Source: an uncultured Candidatus Saccharibacteria bacterium
Lineage (GTDB): Bacteria > Patescibacteriota > Minisyncoccia > UBA6257 > JACRHW01
Assembly: GCA_964388055.1 (NCBI GenBank)
Contig: CAYLXU010000001.1
Coordinates: 17,120 to 58,061 of the forward strand
Direction: 5' to 3'
Length of the DNA stretch: 40,942 bases
In this document: piece by piece, positions 16,719 through 28,807 of the stretch
Layout: each line of letters starts with the position of its first letter
Numbering within the stretch: position 1 is the stretch's first letter
Program-made: the position numbers and the translations under genes
The notes under the pieces: model-generated
What the model saw: only the letters and a program-made list of their open reading frames with translations
Database searches by the model: none
What the model was told of the DNA's origin: nothing

Positions 16719-17489
16719 TTATTTTTTGGTTTTTAGGTAATCGGAAAGTGATTGGATGCCTTGGAGGAATTCGATAGGGAGGGCAAAAATAACTGTTTTT
16801 GAGGGATCTGGATTTATCTTCTCGATTGTTTCAAGTGTACGGAGTGAAAGCCCGCCGGGAACGGCGCTTAAACGTTCTGCTGCCTGGGAAAGTTTCTCTG
16901 CTGCTTCATATTCCCCTTGCGATTGAATAACGATTGCGCGTCGCTCGCGTTCTGATTCTGCCTGTTTTGCCATAATGCGTTTCATGTCTGCGGGGAGTTC
17001 AATGTCTTGGATTCTGATGTCAGTAATGTTGATACCCCACTCGGTAGTGATCATGTCAACGTCTTTTTTCATCTCCCCGGCAATCTTTTCTCGTTCTGAA
17101 AGAAGTGTATCAAGTTCGACGCCACCAATCACATCTCTAAGGGCCGCCTGTGCATACTGCACTATTGCGTTATAGTAGCTCCTAATTTTTAGTACTGCCT
17201 TGTCAGCATCAAGGACGTGGAAGTATACTACCGCGTTAATTCCTACGGGTACATTGTCTTTTGTAATGACTTCTTGTTGAGGAATTTCTGTGCTATTTAC
17301 ACGAACGTCTACAACGATCATTTCTTGAATACCAAAGAGGACGAAGATCCATGTGAGGCCCGGTCCTCGTACGCCAGCATACCTACCCAGCGTAAGCACA
17401 ACTCCGCGTTCGTATTCTTTCACAACACGTAATCCTCGTAGGAGGATGTACACAACAAAAAGAACAATAAAAGTTATAAAAACTTGCAT
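16719..17489 (-). CDS. SPFH/band-7 (stomatin-prohibitin) family protein, copy 1
   Basis: An N-terminal TM helix is followed by VVKEYERGVVLTLGRY...GPGL...VDVR...QEVITKDNVPV.INAVVYF and then a coiled A/E-rich tail. Confidence 0.85.
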   Translation of the reverse strand: MQVFITFIVLFVVYILLRGLRVVKEYERGVVLTLGRYAGVRGPGLTWIFVLFGIQEMIVVDVRVNSTEIPQQEVITKDNVPVGINAVVYFHVLDADKAVLKIRSYYNAIVQYAQAALRDVIGGVELDTLLSEREKIAGEMKKDVDMITTEWGINITDIRIQDIELPADMKRIMAKQAESERERRAIVIQSQGEYEAAEKLSQAAERLSAVPGGLSLRTLETIEKINPDPSKTVIFALPIEFLQGIQSLSDYLKTKK

Positions 17490-17721
17490 ATATGTTTAGT
17501 TAATTTGCTTATTATTAGTATAGCACACCTGGTTGTCACAATCTCGATAGATGGCGTGTGATCGACTTTTTATTGCCGGGCACATTTTACATTTAATGTT
17601 GTCCAAATTAGAGTATAGATAAGCAGAAATTCCTAACATCTAATTCTCAATTTCTAGCAAAACTTCAAATATAAAATTTTCAAATTGAAAATTTTTAAAA
17701 TTAGAAATTGAAAGTTGTAGT

Positions 17722-18294
17722 ATGATTTATTCTCTTTCAGGAAAAATTCGGTCTGCTCAAGCCAACGCAATAGTTATTGAGACAGAAGGGGGGGTCGGGT
17801 ATCTTGTGTTTGCCACCCCCGAAACAATATCTCGGGCCGTGATACACGAAAATGCGCGACTCTATACGTTTCTTCAAGTGCGTGAGGACGCACTTGAACT
17901 GTATGGTTTTATCTCAGAAGAAGAACTCGCTTTTTTTAGACTTCTTACTACGGTATCGGGTGTGGGCCCCAAGGCGGCGATGGCAATTTTGGGTGTTGCG
18001 GACATTCACACACTCCGTTCGGCAATCGCATCCGGAAAGGTAGAGATTTTGAGTCGTGCAGGAGGGATAGGAAAGAAAACAAGTGAAAGAATCATTGTTG
18101 AATTAAAAGAGAAGGTGGGAAAGAGCGATGAAAAGATTAAAGCATTTGAACTTGATCTTGATATACTCGAGGCGTTAAAATCTTTGGGGTATTCTGGGCA
18201 GGAGGCGCAGCGAGCAATTAAAGAGCTTTCTCCTGATATAATTAGTTTTTCAGAACGCCTTAAGGCTGCTCTAAAAATGCTCGGGAAGAAATGA
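17722..18294 (+). CDS. ruvA: Holliday junction DNA helicase subunit RuvA, copy 1
   Basis: MIYSLSGKI...GVGYLV...F.LLTTVSGVGPKAAMAIL...GIGKKTSERIIVELK shows the OB domain plus two HhH motifs. Confidence 0.9.
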   Translation: MIYSLSGKIRSAQANAIVIETEGGVGYLVFATPETISRAVIHENARLYTFLQVREDALELYGFISEEELAFFRLLTTVSGVGPKAAMAILGVADIHTLRSAIASGKVEILSRAGGIGKKTSERIIVELKEKVGKSDEKIKAFELDLDILEALKSLGYSGQEAQRAIKELSPDIISFSERLKAALKMLGKK

Positions 18295-19637
18295 GTATCT
18301 TGTATAGATACATGATAAACAAACTACGATCATACTATCATTTAATGTGGGCATATCTCAGTGCTTTTTTTTCTGGTTTTCCATCGAGAAGGCTTACGGT
18401 TATTGGTATCACTGGTACGAAGGGGAAGACGACAACAACTGAACTCATGGTCCATGTACTAAGAAGCGCGGGGCACAAGGTTGTTTCTTCATCTGGGCTC
18501 CAATTTCGTATAGATGAGAAAGTAGTTCCAAATGATTTTAAGATGACGATGCCTGGACGTGGTTTTCTCCAGCGTCTCCTGGCGCGAGGGGTAAAAGAGA
18601 GGTGTGATGTTGCGATTCTTGAGGTGACATCGGAGGGGCTGGCCCAGTCTCGGCACTCCTATATTAATTTTGATGTTGCGGTGTTTTTAGGTATTCATGA
18701 GGAGCATCTAGAGAGGCATGGGGGGTTTGAGGGGTATAGAAGGGCAAAGGAGATGCTATTCCAAGCGCTTCAAGAGTCAGAAAAAAAGAAGAAAATTGCA
18801 GTTATAAATACTGATGATGCACACGCTCCAGAGTTTGTAAAATATCAGGTAGACGAAGTGTGGGGATTTGGGTTTAAAGGAAATGGACTTAAAAAGGGCA
18901 TGAAAATGCTCAAGGCAGATGGTGTGCAGTCCACTGCCGCTGGTTTGCAGTTTTATATAAACGGCAATCGCATCCTTTCAAGAATTCTTGGAGAATTTAA
19001 TGTATATAATGTGCTTGCTGTAGTTGCAGTTGCGAAGGCTCTTCACATAGATGACGGAGTAATTCAAAGCGCTATCGAAACATTTTCTGGAATTCCAGGG
19101 AGAATGGAAGTAATTAATGGGAAAGGAATTCACGTGATTGTCGATTACGCGCATACGCCGGACTCTCTTGAATGGGTATATAAAGAGGCACGAAGAATTT
19201 TTAACCCTAGCTCGATGGTGTGTGTTCTTGGTGCGGCAGGGGGAGGAAGAGACACGTGGAAACGTTCGGTGTTTGGCGAACTTGCGGCAATGTACTGTGA
19301 TGAAATAATTCTTGCAAATGAAGACCCGTACGACGAAAATCCAGAAAGCATTTTACAAGATATTAAAAAAGGAATTGATCAGTTTTCAAATAGAAAAGTA
19401 AAGTTGTCGGCATCCTCATTTAATTCATTCCAAGAGACTTCAAAGACACATACGAATGCGCGGGTGCACATTATTTTGGAAAGGCGTGAGGCCATTAAAA
19501 AAGCGATATCTCTTGCGAAACCAGGCGATGTTGTGGTAATTACGGGAAAGGGGGGTGAACGATGGATGGTGCTTGCGGGGGGAAAGAAGATTCCGTGGGA
19601 CGACTCCGGTATTGTAAAAGAAGTAGTATATGCCTAG
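18291..19637 (+). CDS. murE: Mur ligase family protein, MurE-like, copy 1
   Basis: GITGTKGKTTT is the P-loop. EVTSEG, IHEEHLERHGGFEGYRRAKEMLF, DYAHTPDSLE and ANEDPYDENPE (compare MurE DNPR.E.P) are also present. The N-terminal domain is short. An ATGA overlap links it to ruvA. Confidence 0.65.
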   Translation: MSILYRYMINKLRSYYHLMWAYLSAFFSGFPSRRLTVIGITGTKGKTTTTELMVHVLRSAGHKVVSSSGLQFRIDEKVVPNDFKMTMPGRGFLQRLLARGVKERCDVAILEVTSEGLAQSRHSYINFDVAVFLGIHEEHLERHGGFEGYRRAKEMLFQALQESEKKKKIAVINTDDAHAPEFVKYQVDEVWGFGFKGNGLKKGMKMLKADGVQSTAAGLQFYINGNRILSRILGEFNVYNVLAVVAVAKALHIDDGVIQSAIETFSGIPGRMEVINGKGIHVIVDYAHTPDSLEWVYKEARRIFNPSSMVCVLGAAGGGRDTWKRSVFGELAAMYCDEIILANEDPYDENPESILQDIKKGIDQFSNRKVKLSASSFNSFQETSKTHTNARVHIILERREAIKKAISLAKPGDVVVITGKGGERWMVLAGGKKIPWDDSGIVKEVVYA

Positions 19638-20094
19638 TAGTGAAAAAGGATTTCTCAAGAAAGATCTCTATAAAAAGGTGTACAATGTTGCGCCTATTTT
19701 TTGCGTAGATATAGTTGCGGTGTGCGGTAACGAGTTTCTCTTAGGAAAAAGGGAGAACGAGCCTGAGAAAGGAAAATGGTTTCTCCCTGGTGGGCGTATT
19801 TATAAGATGGAACCTTTTGAAAAAGCAGTAGCGCGAAAAGTAAAAGAGGAGTTGGGTATTCGTGTTGCAAAAAAGGATTTCAAATTTCTAACGCTTGGAA
19901 CCGTGATGTCAAAAAAAGCTCCATTTGGTGATGGTCCGTTCCATGCAGCAATTGGAGTATATAAGGTAAATATAAAAAAGAAGGATCTAGTAAGGGCAGA
20001 TTCTCAACACTCAGAACTAAGATGGTTTACCACGATAGATAAAAAGTGGCACCCTTATGTGAAAGAATCTCTTCACGCAGCAGGATTCAAATAA
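19630..20094 (+). CDS. NUDIX hydrolase (GDP-mannose mannosyl hydrolase-like by context), copy 1
   Basis: The Nudix box is [24 protein letters not shown]. It lies immediately upstream of gmd-fcl, as gmm/wcaH does in colanic-acid type clusters. Confidence 0.7.
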   Translation: MPSSEKGFLKKDLYKKVYNVAPIFCVDIVAVCGNEFLLGKRENEPEKGKWFLPGGRIYKMEPFEKAVARKVKEELGIRVAKKDFKFLTLGTVMSKKAPFGDGPFHAAIGVYKVNIKKKDLVRADSQHSELRWFTTIDKKWHPYVKESLHAAGFK

Positions 20095-20101
20095 GATACG
20101 T

Positions 20102-22040
<1,939 letters not shown>

Positions 22041-22062
22041 CGATTACATGTAAAACAATGTG

Positions 22063-22092
22063 AAACACGCCATCTGGATGGCGTGTTTTTTG
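22063..22092 (+). terminator. Intrinsic terminator after fcl, copy 1
   Basis: AACACGCCAT-CTGG-ATGGCGTGTT is followed by TTTT. The hairpin lies inside the first 21 codons of the track ORF 22060. Confidence 0.7.
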
Positions 22093-22122
22093 TGGTGTGC
22101 CGAGTTAGGATATAATGTAGTT

Positions 22123-24594
22123 ATGAATGGTAAATTTGGAAAACGAGAAACGGTTTTTGTTCACGAGTCGCCGGAAGAGCTTATCGCGAAAGCAAAAATT
22201 GGTGGTTCTTTAGATCTCTCTTTATTGAGAGACGATGAAAAGAAAGAGGTATTACGATGGTATCGAAAACACGCGGATGATGGGGGGGTGTTGGGATATG
22301 AAGAGGCTACCGACTTTTTGGAGGAGTTTGTGAGGCACGATATGGTGCGTGATGCAGAGCTTGTGGGCTACATTAAGTCGGGAAACGTAGATGAGCATCG
22401 TCTTGGTGTATATTTGGGAGAGGCGGTAGAGCCGGGGAGATATGTGCAATCTTTTTATAAGTGTTGGTGGGCGTTTGGCACGGAAAGACGGGAAGAGTTC
22501 ATTTATAAATTTACAAAACAACATCCAGAACACGCAGAAATGGTGGTTCCGTTTGTAGACTTAAGTCGGGTATACATTGAAGAGAGAAAAGATGGTTCTG
22601 TCTCTCGGAAATCGATTCTAGAGGCGCGTTTTAAACGTATCGGCGATGCGAAGCGTCTCATAGAGGCGTTTTTGGCATTTTGTGATATTGATGAAAACTT
22701 GAGTTCGCGCATGTCATTTGGGATGCGTTTTCACTCCCGTCTTATTGAGCATTATTACGATACAAACCGATCAGTACTATATCCATATCTTGGAGAGTTA
22801 TATGACAAGGGGTTTATTGATGATGGAAAAATTGAATCCCTCCTTGGTGCATATCCGTATTCCTCAGGAAATGTTGATTATACACAGGAGGAAGAAAAAG
22901 AGATGAAAGTGCTTGAGGGAAAAATAAAAAAACTTGGAAACCCTTCGGACCTCGGTAAGTATGGTCACCCATCGGAGTTTTTTCCTAGAAAGGACGCTCT
23001 CCGCCTTGAAGAATTGAGAGATCAGGGAAAGTTGCGCGCAACGGAATACTTACTTACAAATTTTATTGCACATCAAAAAAAATTTAATTTCGATGTGCAG
23101 AAATTTTTAGGTGAATGTATTGAGTGGCGTGTACCTATTTTTGCGTTTGTGGATCAACTCGGTTTGAGTAAAAGGGAGGTGGGCATGCTTATTGCCCGGG
23201 CGAGAGTAGAAAATGGTGAGTTGCCCTTTTCTTTGGCAAACCTGGAGGATCTGCGGACACTTTTGGAGTTTAACGCGAAACACAAAAATGAGGAGGGTGT
23301 GGATCTTAAGAAGATGGTGCTAGATCTTCTAAAAGAAGATTTTAAGACTCAAGGAGTAAATTTATTTGCCAATCGGGGCATTGTGTTGAGAATCGATAGG
23401 GTACTTTCCTTATTTGGTAAAGAGGAGGGAGAAAGATTGTTGGCGGCTATTACGAGCGATGCCTCGGAATTGTGGTTATTTAATCCAAGGTATGTGTTGG
23501 AACATAACCTGATGACGTTTGAGGAGCTTATTGATAAAACGTCTTCAAATGAATATGAGTATGTGAGACACCTTGGAAAGTTGATGTATCACGCAAGGCT
23601 TCTTGATGTGGAACATGGTGTGGGCATGCATCTTTCTAATGTTGTGCAAAGAGCGAAAAGGATTATAGATACAAGTCCGGCGTTGTTTTTTGATGAAGAT
23701 ACTTCTCATGTAATTAATCAGATTTTTAACAGGGAGGAACGCGCTCTTTTTGTGGCGAATCATTTAAAACCGCCTGTGGATTCTTCTTTTTTGGGGAAAC
23801 TTCTTGTTTCTCAGGACTGGTCCCCATTTCGAAATGTGTGTCACGATCTTCTTGTTTCAGAACCGATATTGTTTGCCGAGACGTTTCGTTATCATGAAAA
23901 AGGGATCTATAGTGTCCTGAGTCGGAAGGAGGTGCGAGAGCTTGTTCTCACGAATGCGGCGCACATGGATTTTGAACATCTTGCATGGAGCGATCAATTT
24001 AAACGAGAGCTTGTTTCCCACGCTGCATACCAAAAGAGGTTTTTTGAGTGTGTGGTTGAGAGGGGTAGCGCACAGGTTCTTGTAGAATTTATAGGTCGAA
24101 TGGAGTTTCCAGAAGTAGAGAATTGGGAACAAACCAAAAAACAAATTAAAGAAAACGAGGATCGTATACGAACAGAGCAAGAGAGGCTTGAAAGGGTAAG
24201 CCCGGTGTCCGATGGAGAAATGAGAGCGGAGATTAAAAAGAGAATTATTGATCTGATAGAGAAGACAAAGGAATTGAAGAGGAAAAAAAGTCTCGGTGGT
24301 GATATTGTTGAAACAAGAAGGCTTGTTGGGGAATTCAAGCGTACGGCAACGGAGGTGATGAGAGGTGTTGCGGAGAAAGAAAAATTTTTTATATTCAAGG
24401 ATGGTGTTTTGGATGTGCTTGGGGAGATGGGGCGGGAAATAGCTCGTGGAGAGATTAGAGAGTATATAGAAATTCACCCAGAAGTGTTAATGAGATCAAG
24501 GTTTCACCCAAGACCTAGGCTTGTGTTTCGTGAGGTGTTAGGTGACGAGATGTTTTCAGAGCTTTTCATTGCCCACAAAGTCTACGACGAATAG
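22123..24594 (+). pseudogene. 3'-truncated copy of the giant orphan gene, created by the duplication joint
   Basis: It is identical to 32636-35079 up to ...DEMFSELF. It then reads 8 junction-derived codons (IAHKVYDE) in a non-native frame of holA sequence and stops at 24594. Confidence 0.7.
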
Positions 24595-25147
24595 TCTTAT
24601 AAAAGACTGGTTAGATAAGACAGGTCTTAGCGCTGATGCGCGTACTGTGCTGGCGCTGGGAGAATATTATGGAAATGATTTTGGAAAGCTTGAGTTTGCA
24701 ATGGAACGACTTTTGTTGTGGAAGCGCGCTAATTCATCCTTACATGTAACAGCGCAGGATTTGGAATTTTTCATTCCTGAAACTGAGGAGAATATTTTTA
24801 CTTTTGTGGAGGCACTTATTAAAAAGGACATTGAAGAAATTTACCGCATTATTCGAGCAACTACGTACGCAAAAAGAAATGTCTGGGATATTTTAAGGAT
24901 CTTTGATTTCGAGTTAAAACAACTTGTGCTCGTGATGAGTGGTGACAAGAAGGGGATGGGTGGTCTTTCTGCCTGGGTGCGTGGCAAGTTAGAACGTATT
25001 ACTAAATTGACTTCGGAGAGGGAGATTATAGCGTGGTACAACACAATAGCCTCGCTGGATGCGAGGCTAAAGAGAAGTGAAATAGGGGAAGATGAGGCGT
25101 TCGAAGAGATAATATCAACCCCGCTTCTGTTCGCCACTATTTCTTAG
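24557..25147 (+). pseudogene. 5'-truncated holA fragment (C-terminal ~195 codons)
   Basis: It is identical to 14044-14634. The native N-terminal ~120 codons are missing. The track ORF 24542..25147 begins at a fortuitous GTG in giant-gene sequence. Confidence 0.7.
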
Positions 25148-25370
25148 ATGAGGCAGTTTTTGCGGCTCGTGACTTAAGACGAGCAGCTTTGTTGCGATGA
25201 ATTACGCCAGTTTTTACAGCCTTATCAATTGCTTTGTAGGCAAGAGGGAGTTCTTTTACAGAAGACATCTTTTTAAGCGCCGATTTAATGGCTGTCTTCT
25301 TTTGAATGTTGCGAGCTCTTCTTCTAAGGCTCTGGCGATATGCTTTTTGTGCTGATTTTGTATTCGGCAT
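25137..25370 (-). CDS. rpsT: 30S ribosomal protein bS20, copy 2
   Basis: Identical to 14624-14857. Confidence 0.9.
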   Translation of the reverse strand: MPNTKSAQKAYRQSLRRRARNIQKKTAIKSALKKMSSVKELPLAYKAIDKAVKTGVIHRNKAARLKSRAAKTASSKK

Positions 25371-25553
25371 AGTAAACAAAATTTAAAAATCGAAACTACA
25401 ATTTAAAACCAAAAAAAGTTTTTACTTGTTAATCTTAATAGTAAATACATTCGATCTTGTGTTAAGATATAACGTATTTTTCCGAAAAAGTAAAGGGGGT
25501 GGGTGGAGGTGATAGTCTGACACAAGAATACATAAGAATGTTATACTATATGT

Positions 25554-26243
25554 ATGTCACGCCGACTTAAATTACATCTTGACCCAAAAAAACGGTATCT
25601 TCAGGTGGCGTTAAATAGCACTCTCAAGGAGGCGCAGGATATTATTCGTCAATTGCCTGTGAGCGATCGTATTATCATTGAGGCGGGAACGCCACTTATT
25701 AAACAATATGGGGGAGAGGCAATACGGCAAGTTTATTCTTGGTGCAGAGAACATTTTTCCGGGTTTAACCCTTATGTTGTGGCAGACCTTAAAACAATGG
25801 ATCGAGGGGCAACAGAGGTAGAAATCGCTGCGAAGAGTGGTGCAAGCGCTGCAATTGCATTAGGTGTCGCTCCAATTGAGACGCTTAATTCATTTATAGA
25901 CGCCTGTGAGGTGCGAGGTCTTGATGCAATGATTGATATGATGAACGTGGAGTTTCCTCTTTCTGTTCTCCGTGGACTCAAAAGAGTTCCCCCTGTCGTA
26001 ATTTTACATCGGGGCGTTGATGAAGAATCTTTCAACAGAGAAAAACAGATACCTCTTCACGAAATCCGTCGTATTAAGGGGAACTATGATATCATGATTT
26101 CCATTGCGGGAGGGGATACATTACGAGAAGCGCAGCGGGCAATTTTTAACGATGCTGATATTGTAGTTATCTGGAAATCGGTGTTTAGTAGCACAAAAGA
26201 TACTGCCCAACTGGTTTCCGACTTTTTAAAAGTAACAAAATAA
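25554..26243 (+). CDS. 3-hexulose-6-phosphate synthase-like protein, copy 2
   Basis: Identical to 15041-15730. The same TGtTATACT element is at 25539-25547. Confidence 0.65.
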   Translation: MSRRLKLHLDPKKRYLQVALNSTLKEAQDIIRQLPVSDRIIIEAGTPLIKQYGGEAIRQVYSWCREHFSGFNPYVVADLKTMDRGATEVEIAAKSGASAAIALGVAPIETLNSFIDACEVRGLDAMIDMMNVEFPLSVLRGLKRVPPVVILHRGVDEESFNREKQIPLHEIRRIKGNYDIMISIAGGDTLREAQRAIFNDADIVVIWKSVFSSTKDTAQLVSDFLKVTK

Positions 26244-26263
26244 AATATATCTCCCGAAGAGGT

Positions 26264-26521
26264 TTACTTAAAATCGAACTCACCTTTTTCTGGTTTTTCT
26301 CCATCAACTTTGCTAAGAAGTATTCCTATCTCTTTCCCAATAGAAGAATATGAATCCATAAGCACCCCTTCGGATTCTATTGATAGTATTTTCATTCGAA
26401 CACCACTGCTTATAATCTCTTGTCCTTTTTGAAGGGTCCCTTTTTTAAGAACCCCTTCTACAAAATATCCTTCATCAAATTCCTTCAGGATATCTATGAT
26501 TTCAACACGTGTGGTTTCCAT
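26264..26521 (-). CDS. Small hypothetical protein, copy 2
   Basis: Identical to 15751-16008. Confidence 0.35.
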   Translation of the reverse strand: METTRVEIIDILKEFDEGYFVEGVLKKGTLQKGQEIISSGVRMKILSIESEGVLMDSYSSIGKEIGILLSKVDGEKPEKGEFDFK

Positions 26522-26529
26522 GGAGAGAT

Positions 26530-27228
26530 CTAGGGGGTGATGATGATGCCGATGTCGTTGGGTAGCTGAAGGGTGTAGGTTCCTATTTTAAACTTCGTGA
26601 GGGATTCGCGAAGTTTTTCTTTTAGTTCCTGTGGGGTAAGTGGAATAAGTAGTGGATCTTCTGTTCTAAAAAAAGACCCTTTTACTGTGGCAGGAAAGAG
26701 TATTTCATCATTTTCATTCCAGAGAACTGGTCGGTTGTCGTGCGTGTTTTGGAGGAGTGTTTGTATTTTTTTCCAATCCGAATCAAGGAATTCGTTTGTT
26801 TTCCAGTCGGCATGTGTAAAAAAGACGCTCGTAACATTTTGGTCCATGATGGGTGGTCTGCAGAATATTACTGGTTTTGTGTTTGCAAACCTTTTCTCTA
26901 CTTCATCTAGAAAGTGATCTTTGCAGTAAGAAGTTTCAATAATTTGGTCACTGGGATTGATAAAGCTGAGTGTAAAAAACGGCCTTCTCCACGGAAGAGA
27001 TTCACCGTATCCGCATATTTTTGGTTTGTTTTTCCACCAACGGAAAAAAACAAAGAGAAGAATAACAGAAAAGAAGGAAATTTCGGAAAATGACTTTAGA
27101 TCCAAAAATTGCTCTAAGCTCAAGGCGTTATAGACGGGTTCCATCATAAGGAACCAAACTATGCTAAAAAAGAAAAATAGTATGACGAATACGGCGATCT
27201 TGAACAACAAGACGATCAATCCTAACAT
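26530..27228 (-). CDS. Hypothetical membrane protein, copy 2
   Basis: Identical to 16017-16715. Confidence 0.5.
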   Translation of the reverse strand: MLGLIVLLFKIAVFVILFFFFSIVWFLMMEPVYNALSLEQFLDLKSFSEISFFSVILLFVFFRWWKNKPKICGYGESLPWRRPFFTLSFINPSDQIIETSYCKDHFLDEVEKRFANTKPVIFCRPPIMDQNVTSVFFTHADWKTNEFLDSDWKKIQTLLQNTHDNRPVLWNENDEILFPATVKGSFFRTEDPLLIPLTPQELKEKLRESLTKFKIGTYTLQLPNDIGIIITP

Positions 27229-27231
27229 GCG

Positions 27232-28002
27232 TTATTTTTTGGTTTTTAGGTAATCGGAAAGTGATTGGATGCCTTGGAGGAATTCGATAGGGAGGGCAAA
27301 AATAACTGTTTTTGAGGGATCTGGATTTATCTTCTCGATTGTTTCAAGTGTACGGAGTGAAAGCCCGCCGGGAACGGCGCTTAAACGTTCTGCTGCCTGG
27401 GAAAGTTTCTCTGCTGCTTCATATTCCCCTTGCGATTGAATAACGATTGCGCGTCGCTCGCGTTCTGATTCTGCCTGTTTTGCCATAATGCGTTTCATGT
27501 CTGCGGGGAGTTCAATGTCTTGGATTCTGATGTCAGTAATGTTGATACCCCACTCGGTAGTGATCATGTCAACGTCTTTTTTCATCTCCCCGGCAATCTT
27601 TTCTCGTTCTGAAAGAAGTGTATCAAGTTCGACGCCACCAATCACATCTCTAAGGGCCGCCTGTGCATACTGCACTATTGCGTTATAGTAGCTCCTAATT
27701 TTTAGTACTGCCTTGTCAGCATCAAGGACGTGGAAGTATACTACCGCGTTAATTCCTACGGGTACATTGTCTTTTGTAATGACTTCTTGTTGAGGAATTT
27801 CTGTGCTATTTACACGAACGTCTACAACGATCATTTCTTGAATACCAAAGAGGACGAAGATCCATGTGAGGCCCGGTCCTCGTACGCCAGCATACCTACC
27901 CAGCGTAAGCACAACTCCGCGTTCGTATTCTTTCACAACACGTAATCCTCGTAGGAGGATGTACACAACAAAAAGAACAATAAAAGTTATAAAAACTTGC
28001 AT
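27232..28002 (-). CDS. SPFH/band-7 family protein, copy 2
   Basis: Identical to 16719-17489. Confidence 0.85.
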   Translation of the reverse strand: MQVFITFIVLFVVYILLRGLRVVKEYERGVVLTLGRYAGVRGPGLTWIFVLFGIQEMIVVDVRVNSTEIPQQEVITKDNVPVGINAVVYFHVLDADKAVLKIRSYYNAIVQYAQAALRDVIGGVELDTLLSEREKIAGEMKKDVDMITTEWGINITDIRIQDIELPADMKRIMAKQAESERERRAIVIQSQGEYEAAEKLSQAAERLSAVPGGLSLRTLETIEKINPDPSKTVIFALPIEFLQGIQSLSDYLKTKK

Positions 28003-28234
28003 ATATGTTTAGTTAATTTGCTTATTATTAGTATAGCACACCTGGTTGTCACAATCTCGATAGATGGCGTGTGATCGACTTTTTATTGCCGGGCACATTT
28101 TACATTTAATGTTGTCCAAATTAGAGTATAGATAAGCAGAAATTCCTAACATCTAATTCTCAATTTCTAGCAAAACTTCAAATATAAAATTTTCAAATTG
28201 AAAATTTTTAAAATTAGAAATTGAAAGTTGTAGT

Positions 28235-28807
28235 ATGATTTATTCTCTTTCAGGAAAAATTCGGTCTGCTCAAGCCAACGCAATAGTTATTGAGACAGAA
28301 GGGGGGGTCGGGTATCTTGTGTTTGCCACCCCCGAAACAATATCTCGGGCCGTGATACACGAAAATGCGCGACTCTATACGTTTCTTCAAGTGCGTGAGG
28401 ACGCACTTGAACTGTATGGTTTTATCTCAGAAGAAGAACTCGCTTTTTTTAGACTTCTTACTACGGTATCGGGTGTGGGCCCCAAGGCGGCGATGGCAAT
28501 TTTGGGTGTTGCGGACATTCACACACTCCGTTCGGCAATCGCATCCGGAAAGGTAGAGATTTTGAGTCGTGCAGGAGGGATAGGAAAGAAAACAAGTGAA
28601 AGAATCATTGTTGAATTAAAAGAGAAGGTGGGAAAGAGCGATGAAAAGATTAAAGCATTTGAACTTGATCTTGATATACTCGAGGCGTTAAAATCTTTGG
28701 GGTATTCTGGGCAGGAGGCGCAGCGAGCAATTAAAGAGCTTTCTCCTGATATAATTAGTTTTTCAGAACGCCTTAAGGCTGCTCTAAAAATGCTCGGGAA
28801 GAAATGA
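28235..28807 (+). CDS. ruvA: RuvA, copy 2
   Basis: Identical to 17722-18294. Confidence 0.9.
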   Translation: MIYSLSGKIRSAQANAIVIETEGGVGYLVFATPETISRAVIHENARLYTFLQVREDALELYGFISEEELAFFRLLTTVSGVGPKAAMAILGVADIHTLRSAIASGKVEILSRAGGIGKKTSERIIVELKEKVGKSDEKIKAFELDLDILEALKSLGYSGQEAQRAIKELSPDIISFSERLKAALKMLGKK

